Notes under the pieces: model-generated
The model's database searches: none
What the model was told of the DNA's origin: nothing
What the model saw: the letters and a program-made list of their open reading frames with translations, nothing else
Translations under genes and position numbers: made by a program
Shown here: piece after piece, positions 57,258-64,000 of the stretch
Layout of the letters: each line of letters starts with the position of its first letter
How positions within the stretch are numbered: position 1 is the first letter of the stretch
NCBI GenBank assembly: GCA_947259885.1
Contig: CAMYNW010000001.1
Coordinates: 148,216-212,215 of the forward strand
Source of the DNA: an uncultured Gammaproteobacteria bacterium
GTDB taxonomy: Bacteria; Pseudomonadota; Gammaproteobacteria; Arenicellales; Poriferihabitantaceae
Length of the DNA stretch: 64,000 nucleotides
Reading direction: 5' to 3'

Positions 57258-59172
57258 GTCTGAAGCGGCCGCCGTCGAGGCACTCGGAGAGAAAGGGCCG
57301 TTTCACACTAGGCTGGATGGGTTCACGCCGCGAACGGTACAGCAACAGATGGCCGCATCGGTGGCGGATACGCTCGCCCTTGGTGGGACCCTGATTGTGG
57401 AGTCAGGAACAGGCACGGGGAAAACCTTTGCCTACCTGGTGCCCATCTTGCTGAGTGGCGATCGTACTATTATTTCAACTGGCACACGGCATCTTCAGGA
57501 CCAGATATTCCATCGTGATCTTCCTGCTGTAGCAGAAATCCTTGATCGCCGGGTGAATGCCGTAATGTTAAAGGGGCGATCCAACTACCTGTGTCGCTAC
57601 CGCTTACGTGATAACAGTGGGCAGACTGAGCTGGTTGGTAAATCATCCGATCAGTCATTCAGTATTATTGAAAGGTGGGCTTCCAGGACCAGAACAGGTG
57701 ATGTATCGGAAGTGAGTGAAATTAGTGATCAGGCGCCAGTCTGGAAGGAAGTAACCTCAACTGTGGACAACTGCCTCGGCGGAAAGTGTCCGGAATTCAA
57801 AAAGTGTTTTGTGACTAAAGCGAGACAGAGTGCAATGGATGCGGATGTGGTGGTAGTGAATCACCACCTGTTTTTCTCTGACCTTACTCTCAAGGATGAC
57901 GGTTTTGGAGAGTTGTTGCCAAACTATGATGCAGTGGTATTCGACGAAGCTCACACACTTTGCGATATTGCTTCCATTTTTTTTGGATTTTCGATATCGA
58001 GCTTCCAAATACGGGATCTCTATACCGATATATCAAAAGCTGAGAAAGAAGAAAAGAGTAGCACCAATTTCAATGCCGTAATTCCGCCACTGGAGCAATC
58101 TGTAGACCAGCTACTGGCCGAGTTAGCCAGCTATGCGAATCTCTCAGTTGAGGTGTCCGCGGTTGATAAACCAGGTTTTCGCAGTGCTCTTGAAACGTTG
58201 CAAATTCGTGTAGGCCAATTATTAGAGCAGCTCGAAGTTGCGGCGACTGCGGGAGAAGGGTTGGATCGGTGTTACCAGCGCGCATTACAAATGCAAGAGC
58301 GACTGGATCTTTGGATTGAAGGTAGGGACCACAATCTGGTGCGCTGGTTAGATATTGGGCAGCGCTCTGTTCGCTTGCAGGCCACTCCACTTCGAATCAG
58401 GCGTCGATTTATTGAAATTATGGAGCGCGCAAAATCTTGGATATTTACTTCAGCAACGCTTGCGATAGGTGATGATTTTACTGCGTTTAGCAGTCAGCTT
58501 GGCCTGGAGCAGGGGCAGCATGCCAGATGGCAGAGTCCATATGATTTTGCACAAAATGCACTCCTTTACCTACCGACCGATATGCCTGATCCTCGTGAGT
58601 CTCAATATCCTGGTCGGCTGGTGGAGGTAATCCTCGAAGTGACGAATGCCAGCCGTGGAAGGGCGTTTTGTTTGTTTACCAGCCACGGAATGATGAACAA
58701 GGTCGCGCGAGTCCTCAAGAAAAAGTGTCGTTGGCCTTTGATGATGCAAGGGGACGCGCCAAGAAGCGAGTTGATGGATCGTTTCCAACGAACCGCAAAT
58801 GGTGTGTTACTTGGTACCTCGAGTTTTTGGGAGGGCGTTGATATCAAAGGAGACGCGCTGTCCTGCGTGATCATCGATAAGTTGCCGTTTGCCCCACCTG
58901 GAGACCCTGTTCTAAAGAGCCGTTTACAAGTCTGTGAGGAGGAGGGCGGAAATCCATTTATGGAGATTCAAGTTCCGGCAGCGGTGATCTCTCTTAAGCA
59001 AGGTGCAGGAAGATTGATTCGATCTGAAACCGATAAAGGTGTTCTGGTATTGTGTGACCCTAGGTTAGTGACAAAGCGATACGGTGATCTTTTCCTAAAA
59101 AGTCTGCCACCAATGCCGGTTACCCGGCAAGTTTATGACGTTCAGAACTTTTTTAATAAGTCACAGTATTGA
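57232..59172 (+). CDS. yoaA: DinG/YoaA-family ATP-dependent DNA helicase (XPD-like, Fe-S)
   Basis: 646 aa with ESGTGTGKTFAYL, LKGRSNYLC, cysteine cluster CLGGKCPEFKKCF, a DEAH box (FDEAHTL), and C-terminal FWEGVD/QGAGRLIR. It is collinear with E. coli YoaA as I recall it. The exact start is uncertain within about 20 nt; the listed ATG overlaps rfbD by 26 nt. Confidence 0.85.
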   Translation: MLLAAVLGKSEAAAVEALGEKGPFHTRLDGFTPRTVQQQMAASVADTLALGGTLIVESGTGTGKTFAYLVPILLSGDRTIISTGTRHLQDQIFHRDLPAVAEILDRRVNAVMLKGRSNYLCRYRLRDNSGQTELVGKSSDQSFSIIERWASRTRTGDVSEVSEISDQAPVWKEVTSTVDNCLGGKCPEFKKCFVTKARQSAMDADVVVVNHHLFFSDLTLKDDGFGELLPNYDAVVFDEAHTLCDIASIFFGFSISSFQIRDLYTDISKAEKEEKSSTNFNAVIPPLEQSVDQLLAELASYANLSVEVSAVDKPGFRSALETLQIRVGQLLEQLEVAATAGEGLDRCYQRALQMQERLDLWIEGRDHNLVRWLDIGQRSVRLQATPLRIRRRFIEIMERAKSWIFTSATLAIGDDFTAFSSQLGLEQGQHARWQSPYDFAQNALLYLPTDMPDPRESQYPGRLVEVILEVTNASRGRAFCLFTSHGMMNKVARVLKKKCRWPLMMQGDAPRSELMDRFQRTANGVLLGTSSFWEGVDIKGDALSCVIIDKLPFAPPGDPVLKSRLQVCEEEGGNPFMEIQVPAAVISLKQGAGRLIRSETDKGVLVLCDPRLVTKRYGDLFLKSLPPMPVTRQVYDVQNFFNKSQY

Positions 59173-59175
59173 TGC

Positions 59176-59892
59176 ATGAAAATTCTCGGTATCGATACTG
59201 CAACCGAATGCTGCTCAGTGGCTCTTGTACCGGGCGATGGCCACGATATTGATGAAATACAACATATTACCCCCAACGGGCACTCCAGAATGGTGCTTGG
59301 CATGGTCAGAGAACTACTTAACAAACATCACTTGAACCTTACCGATCTGGATGCGTTGTCAGTGGATATTGGTCCCGGATCATTCACTGGGCTCCGAATT
59401 GGTATCGGAGTCGTGCAAGGTCTTGCCTATGCGGCGGGTGTCCATACTGTCGGATTAAGCTCACTACATGCATTGGCGGGGCGTTGTCCGGACGGATTAA
59501 GCGTTCCTGCTATCGATGCCAGAATGAAGCAGGTGTATTGGGGGGTATTCGAAAATCGGGGGGGAGAACCGAGAAAATTAGCCGGGCCCTTTGTAACAGC
59601 ACCAGAACAAATTGAAAACATGTTCTCCGAAGTGGTGAAGGCAGAATATTTGACGCGATTGAATCGTGAAGATTCGATACTAGCTGTTGGCAATGGTTGG
59701 GATCACTATTCTTGTCAGCTTCCCAGCTCAGTCGGCGCGCGCGCAATCAGAGTAATCGAGAAAAGTTTTCCTCTCGCCTCACAAATTGTCCGGCTGGCTT
59801 TACGGGCCGATCAGGCTGCGTTTCGTTCGCCTCTCGAATTGACTGCGGCCTATGTCAGGAACAATGTTGCAGATCGTCCTGGAGAAGGCTAG
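59176..59892 (+). CDS. tsaB: tRNA threonylcarbamoyladenosine (t6A) biosynthesis protein TsaB
   Basis: 238 aa with MKILGIDTATECCSVAL and GPGSFTGLRIG motifs. Confidence 0.9.
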   Translation: MKILGIDTATECCSVALVPGDGHDIDEIQHITPNGHSRMVLGMVRELLNKHHLNLTDLDALSVDIGPGSFTGLRIGIGVVQGLAYAAGVHTVGLSSLHALAGRCPDGLSVPAIDARMKQVYWGVFENRGGEPRKLAGPFVTAPEQIENMFSEVVKAEYLTRLNREDSILAVGNGWDHYSCQLPSSVGARAIRVIEKSFPLASQIVRLALRADQAAFRSPLELTAAYVRNNVADRPGEG

Positions 59893-60329
59893 CAAAGTAC
59901 CTGAAACTGCTGGACTGACACCTTTTCTCCATCGACAAAAACTTCCGCTTTCCATTCCCCAATAAACTCTTCCATGCCAAATGACGGATCGAACATTTGA
60001 CCCACTATAGCACCGGTGGGACCATGTAACTGCAGCCATGCCCATATTTTGGTTACCGGTAATCCTTGAAAATTATAGCGCGTCAGTTCGCGCTGGGCGC
60101 CCAGTGGGTCGAGCCATCGAACTTTTAGTTCATGACTCTCCTGTTTTAACCCAGCTACTGTGACCACAACAAAAATCCGGTCTGAGCAGTCAAACTGAGT
60201 CATGGGTTGGTCTAGTGGCTTGTCTTCTTTTTCCTGGTTGGTCAGAAAAATATTATACCCAACACTCTGTTGGGCTAGCGATGCGCATGAAAAAAGCAGC
60301 ATGGAACTCCATGCTGCTTTCGTACACAA
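59889..60329 (-). CDS. Hypothetical small exported protein (possible lipoprotein)
   Basis: 146 aa with an N-terminal hydrophobic segment ending LLFSCAS and a beta-rich body. No family recognised. It overlaps the tsaB stop by 4 nt (convergent). Confidence 0.5.
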   Translation of the reverse strand: MCTKAAWSSMLLFSCASLAQQSVGYNIFLTNQEKEDKPLDQPMTQFDCSDRIFVVVTVAGLKQESHELKVRWLDPLGAQRELTRYNFQGLPVTKIWAWLQLHGPTGAIVGQMFDPSFGMEEFIGEWKAEVFVDGEKVSVQQFQVLC

Positions 60330-60365
60330 ACTTATGAATTGCCGTTTCGTCAGAACTCTCTCCGT

Positions 60366-60995
60366 TTAGGTGCTGCAACGATCGAAGTTACCCATCTCGA
60401 GAAATGTCGTTGCGCTGACATCGATTGGAGTTCCATTAAACTCTGCGCCTGATGCAGTAACTTTGACGTTATAGCTGGCAATACTGCCAGAAGTCTGCGC
60501 GGCGAACTCCGGCAAAGTTAAATCGAGATCGACCAGAACGACTTGAAATGATGCAGTGGAAGTTCCATTAGGCAGCGTCATGGTCTGCAGGTAAACCCTG
60601 TCTCGCAAATTAGGTGCAAAGGAATTCGCGGGTATAAAAGACACTCTGTAACGGTCAAAAGACACTCCTTCAGGGAAAAACTCGATTGGAGTCAAGCCAG
60701 ATGAATCCATGAGGTCCCGAGAGTTAATTGTCAGGGTGCCGAATGTGGTGCTCAGGCCAGGCTCGAGCGTTGGGTCTTCATCCGGATCATCGGGAATGTC
60801 GCAGATATCCTGGATGGCGTCCACGCTGGGACTATCATTCACTATTAAAGAGGTCAGTAGCAATAAATCCCCTTGCGTCGTCTGCACTCCCAGTCCATCA
60901 CCGCTGGAGGTCGTGCCGCCTTTACTGCTACAGCCCCCCAATAGGAATAGTGCGACAAGCAACGGTGTAAATATTTTCATGGACGTCTCCCCCAA
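60366..60995 (-). CDS. Hypothetical lipoprotein
   Basis: 209 aa with a clear lipobox (LFLLGGCSS) and a beta-rich, Thr/Ser-rich body. The likely real start is the Met at 60977. No family recognised. Confidence 0.65.
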   Translation of the reverse strand: MGETSMKIFTPLLVALFLLGGCSSKGGTTSSGDGLGVQTTQGDLLLLTSLIVNDSPSVDAIQDICDIPDDPDEDPTLEPGLSTTFGTLTINSRDLMDSSGLTPIEFFPEGVSFDRYRVSFIPANSFAPNLRDRVYLQTMTLPNGTSTASFQVVLVDLDLTLPEFAAQTSGSIASYNVKVTASGAEFNGTPIDVSATTFLEMGNFDRCST

Positions 60996-61083
60996 ATGCT
61001 TTAAAAATTATCGTGTTAAAGAGTTTATTGCTACTTCTTTATTAAGTCGAAAGATAACTGGAATAACCCCTGAGGTCAATCAC

Positions 61084-61926
61084 TCAGGCCAATATTATCG
61101 AGGTCACAAATCGAGTCCCGAAGTAAGCCAGAATAAGCACTGCAAAGGCAACAAGGGTCCATTTTGCCGCAATTCTGCCTCTCCAGCCATATATTTTATG
61201 CCCTGCGAGGAGCGCCGAAAACCCCAGCCATGCAATAAATGACAGTAATATGTGATGATTGAACTCCAAAGATTTCCCATAAACTTGCCATGAAGAGATC
61301 ATTCCGGTTACAAGATTGGTGGTCAGGAGAATAACACCAAGAAGGGTAAGCTGGAACAAATTAGTTTCCATAGTCTGTATTGCTGGCAGGGCTGGAAAAA
61401 AAGTGCCTGGGTGGTGACTGTGTAATTGATTCTCCTGAACATACAGTAACAGAGCCTGGGCTGCGGCGATGCAAAGGATCCCGAATGCCAACACTGCGAT
61501 CACCAGATGCACCCACAATACGGTAAGTGTAATTTCTACAATCAGCGGATCTCCGGTGAGGAAAAGCCCGGTCGTGAGGCCAGCAAGTCCCAGCGGAAGT
61601 GCAAAAATGCCAAGGTTGAGGGTCTGTCTTTTGAAGGTCGCAAATGCGTAAACCGCCAGAGTCATCAAGCTGACCAGGGAAAAATCATTTCCGAGCGCAA
61701 GATTGATTGCATTGTCTTGAATAGCGCTCGCGTACAAGACTGTTCCGTGACAAACAACGATTACAACAACCAAAGACATGAGCACGGATTTTTTTCCCAG
61801 GCTGAATGAAGCGCCGCTATCCGAAAGATCTTCAGATTCTTCCGAAACACCATGATTGACGCGCATCCAAAACAGTACGGTTACTGCAATGTATAGTGCA
61901 ATGGTGAATACAATTAGAATGGACAT
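61084..61926 (-). CDS. ypjD: Cytochrome c assembly family inner-membrane protein (YpjD/CcsA-like)
   Basis: 280 aa with about 8 TMs. It is divergent from ffh, as ypjD is in E. coli. It has a C-terminal W-rich CcsA-like region. Confidence 0.78.
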   Translation of the reverse strand: MSILIVFTIALYIAVTVLFWMRVNHGVSEESEDLSDSGASFSLGKKSVLMSLVVVIVVCHGTVLYASAIQDNAINLALGNDFSLVSLMTLAVYAFATFKRQTLNLGIFALPLGLAGLTTGLFLTGDPLIVEITLTVLWVHLVIAVLAFGILCIAAAQALLLYVQENQLHSHHPGTFFPALPAIQTMETNLFQLTLLGVILLTTNLVTGMISSWQVYGKSLEFNHHILLSFIAWLGFSALLAGHKIYGWRGRIAAKWTLVAFAVLILAYFGTRFVTSIILA

Positions 61927-62100
61927 CGACTGAAAAAGTAGCGGTTGGTGGTGGTGGATAAGTTACACTACAATCAGTGGCCGGGCTCTTTAAATAAGCT
62001 TCAATTATACACCGGCTCCCGGTTGTCACTGCTTCTATCTAACGTAAATTAGCTTGATCGCAGGATTAGTCGTCCTAATAAGTATTCTTGGTAAGCAAAA

Positions 62101-63465
62101 ATGTTTGAACAGCTAAGTGACCGATTAAGGTCAACATTTAAAAACCTGAGCGGCAAAGGCCGGCTTTCAGAAGACAATATCGCTGACGCACTGCGCGAGG
62201 TAAGGATCGCATTGCTAGAAGCAGATGTTTCCCTTGAGGTGACCCGCGAGTTTGTTGGCAAGGTCAAAGAAAGAGCGGTCGGCCAGGAGGTTGTGGGAAG
62301 TCTGACTCCAGGACAGGCAGTGATCAAAGTGGTTCAGGAAGAGCTGGTTGAATTGATGGGTGGCGCCAACGATGGGCTGCAATTAAACACTCGTCCACCG
62401 GCCGTCATCCTGGTTGCTGGATTGCAGGGTGCGGGAAAGACCACGACGGTGGGTAAACTCGCGCATTTACTCAAGACCAGGGAAAAGAAATCAGTGATGG
62501 TGACCAGTGCTGATGTTTATCGCCCAGCGGCAATCAAGCAGCTTGAGACTGTCGCAGCGAACGCTGGTGTTGATTTCTTTCCGAGTTCAGAGAGTCAATC
62601 ACCCGTTGATATCGCCCGGGACGCATTGGATGAAGCGAAAAAATCCGGTAATGATGTTCTGATTGTGGACAGCGCGGGTCGTCTGCATATAGATGACGAT
62701 CTGATGAGCGAGATACAAAAGGTGCACGCGGCGGTTTCTCCAATTGAAACGCTTTTTGTGGTCGATAGTATGACCGGTCAGGACGCGGTAAATAGCGCCA
62801 GAGCATTTGATCAGGCTCTGCCTCTCACCGGTGTGATACTGACCAAAACCGATGGGGATGCGCGGGGAGGCGCTGCGCTTTCGATACGTTTCGTGACAGG
62901 CAAGCCGATCAAGTTTTTAGGCATTGGTGAAGCTTTGGATGCATTGGAAGCGTTTCACCCGGATCGGATTGCTTCTCGCATATTAGGGATGGGTGACGTG
63001 CTGTCATTGGTCGAAGAAGTCGAACGCAAAGTCGATAAAACTAAAGCAGAAAAGCTTGCCAAGAAATTTGCCAAAGGTAAGGAATTCGATCTTGAAGACT
63101 TTCGGGATCAGATGATCCAGATGCAAAATATGGGTGGAATGGCCAGCATGATGGATAAACTGCCCGGCATGGACAAGATCCCTCAGAAAGCCCTTGATAA
63201 AGTTGGGGACAAACAAACCAGCCAAACCATCGCGATCATAAATTCAATGACGCCTCACGAACGGCGATTTCCCGCTGTGCTGCGGGGATCACGCAAGAAG
63301 CGCATCGCGATTGGTTCCGGCACCCAGGTTCAGGATGTTAATCGTCTCCTAAAGCAATTTATGCAGATGCAGAAAATGATGAAGAGAATGAAGAAGAAAG
63401 GAGGAATGCGCGGATTGATGCAGCAGATGAAAGGGCAGGGCGGGATGCCTGGAATGCCGCTTTGA
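62101..63465 (+). CDS. ffh: Signal recognition particle protein Ffh
   Basis: 454 aa with an NG domain (GLQGAGKTTT, DSAGR, TKTDGD) and a Met-rich M domain. Confidence 0.98.
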   Translation: MFEQLSDRLRSTFKNLSGKGRLSEDNIADALREVRIALLEADVSLEVTREFVGKVKERAVGQEVVGSLTPGQAVIKVVQEELVELMGGANDGLQLNTRPPAVILVAGLQGAGKTTTVGKLAHLLKTREKKSVMVTSADVYRPAAIKQLETVAANAGVDFFPSSESQSPVDIARDALDEAKKSGNDVLIVDSAGRLHIDDDLMSEIQKVHAAVSPIETLFVVDSMTGQDAVNSARAFDQALPLTGVILTKTDGDARGGAALSIRFVTGKPIKFLGIGEALDALEAFHPDRIASRILGMGDVLSLVEEVERKVDKTKAEKLAKKFAKGKEFDLEDFRDQMIQMQNMGGMASMMDKLPGMDKIPQKALDKVGDKQTSQTIAIINSMTPHERRFPAVLRGSRKKRIAIGSGTQVQDVNRLLKQFMQMQKMMKRMKKKGGMRGLMQQMKGQGGMPGMPL

Positions 63466-63597
63466 CCTCGAAGTTGATTTTCTCTGGAGTTCGGTGAGAT
63501 ATTTTCATATCGCAGGCTTTATTGGACTTAAGTTGAGCGGTCTACTGTGTCTGTCCCTACTTGGGCGCATCTGGCACTAACCCTCTCCGTGGAAGTA

Positions 63598-64000
63598 TTA
63601 CCGTGGTTGAGCTTGTTGCCAAAGGTCGATCAGAAGTTGATCACCGGGCGGTTCGGTTTCGAAACAGGGATACTGTTGCCGATCGATAGTGACCCATGGC
63701 TGCGCGCTGCGGGTCCAGATATGCGCCACAGGTTTTAGCTTGGAAGTGTCATCGAGGCTTCCAGCCTTCACGCTAAGGACTGCATTCGGTTGATCTGAGG
63801 TGTGAAAAATCCTCGAACCACATAGGTCGCAGTAGCCACATTGTTTCGTTGTGCCACTCTCGCCATAGGTGAGGTAGAAAGAAAGCTCCCCTGAAATCAG
63901 ATTAAAATCTGCGGCATTGACCCACAAGGACATCCCGAAGGCGCTTGAAGACTGCTTCTGGCAGTCTTTGCAGTGACAGACATATAGCGTTAGAGGTTGA
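63598..64000 (-). CDS. GFA/CENP-V family protein (glutathione-dependent formaldehyde-activating enzyme fold); the 5' end lies outside the window
   Basis: The minus-strand frame stays open beyond the listed Met to the window edge (QPLTLYVCHCKDCQKQSSSAFGMSLWV...). Cysteine motifs CHCKDC and CGYCDLCGSRIF are typical of GFA zinc sites. Confidence 0.75.
   Translation of the reverse strand, partial: QPLTLYVCHCKDCQKQSSSAFGMSLWVNAADFNLISGELSFYLTYGESGTTKQCGYCDLCGSRIFHTSDQPNAVLSVKAGSLDDTSKLKPVAHIWTRSAQPWVTIDRQQYPCFETEPPGDQLLIDLWQQAQPR

Noticed and set aside
60709-61242. 177-aa plus-strand ORF overlapping the lipoprotein gene and the end of ypjD
   Set aside because: The peptide is low-complexity (S/P/G/K-rich) and spans two well-supported minus-strand genes, one of which has a textbook lipoprotein signal.

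Overview
64-kb chromosomal segment that looks gammaproteobacterial from its content and synteny: the tail of a ChpA/CheW (Pil-Chp type) cluster, tkt-pgk-fba, grpE-dnaK-dnaJ, and ypjD divergent from ffh. I can support about 55 protein-coding genes. By eye I saw no rRNA, tRNA, CRISPR array or intact mobile element. Housekeeping blocks (about 1-5.3 kb and 51-63.5 kb) flank a more accessory middle section. That section holds a periplasmic peptidoglycan-remodelling neighbourhood (M14 peptidase, L,D-transpeptidase, TPR and Sel1/SH3 proteins). It also holds a 7.4-kb nine-gene Mrp-like cation/proton antiporter cluster in the order E-F-G-(A'/B)-C-D-D-x-D, a MoxR-DUF58-TgpA operon, YgiQ, PrpD-like and DMGDH-like enzymes. 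The last accessory element is a minus-strand run of four dehydrogenases (GMC, HisD paralogue, SDR, Zn-MDR) followed by a TAXI-type TRAP transporter. The best lead is that run: its HisD-like/SDR/MDR composition matches HpsN/O/P of 2,3-dihydroxypropane-1-sulfonate (DHPS) catabolism, but it is paired with a TAXI-TRAP instead of the known HpsKLM or HpsU transporters. Second, the window contains four gene relics at operon junctions: a 5'-truncated class II fba directly behind pgk, an IS91-family transposase 3' remnant, an internal LysR fragment, and a decayed IclR regulator. Third, there are unexplained DNA-level signals. These include two perfect tandem DnaA boxes plus a third consensus box in one intergenic region, a perfect 28-bp palindrome 8 nt from the TerC start codon, and a 15-nt tandem repeat that reiterates a stop codon inside the Mrp cluster. 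All functional calls rest on motifs and family resemblance recalled from memory; no searches were run.
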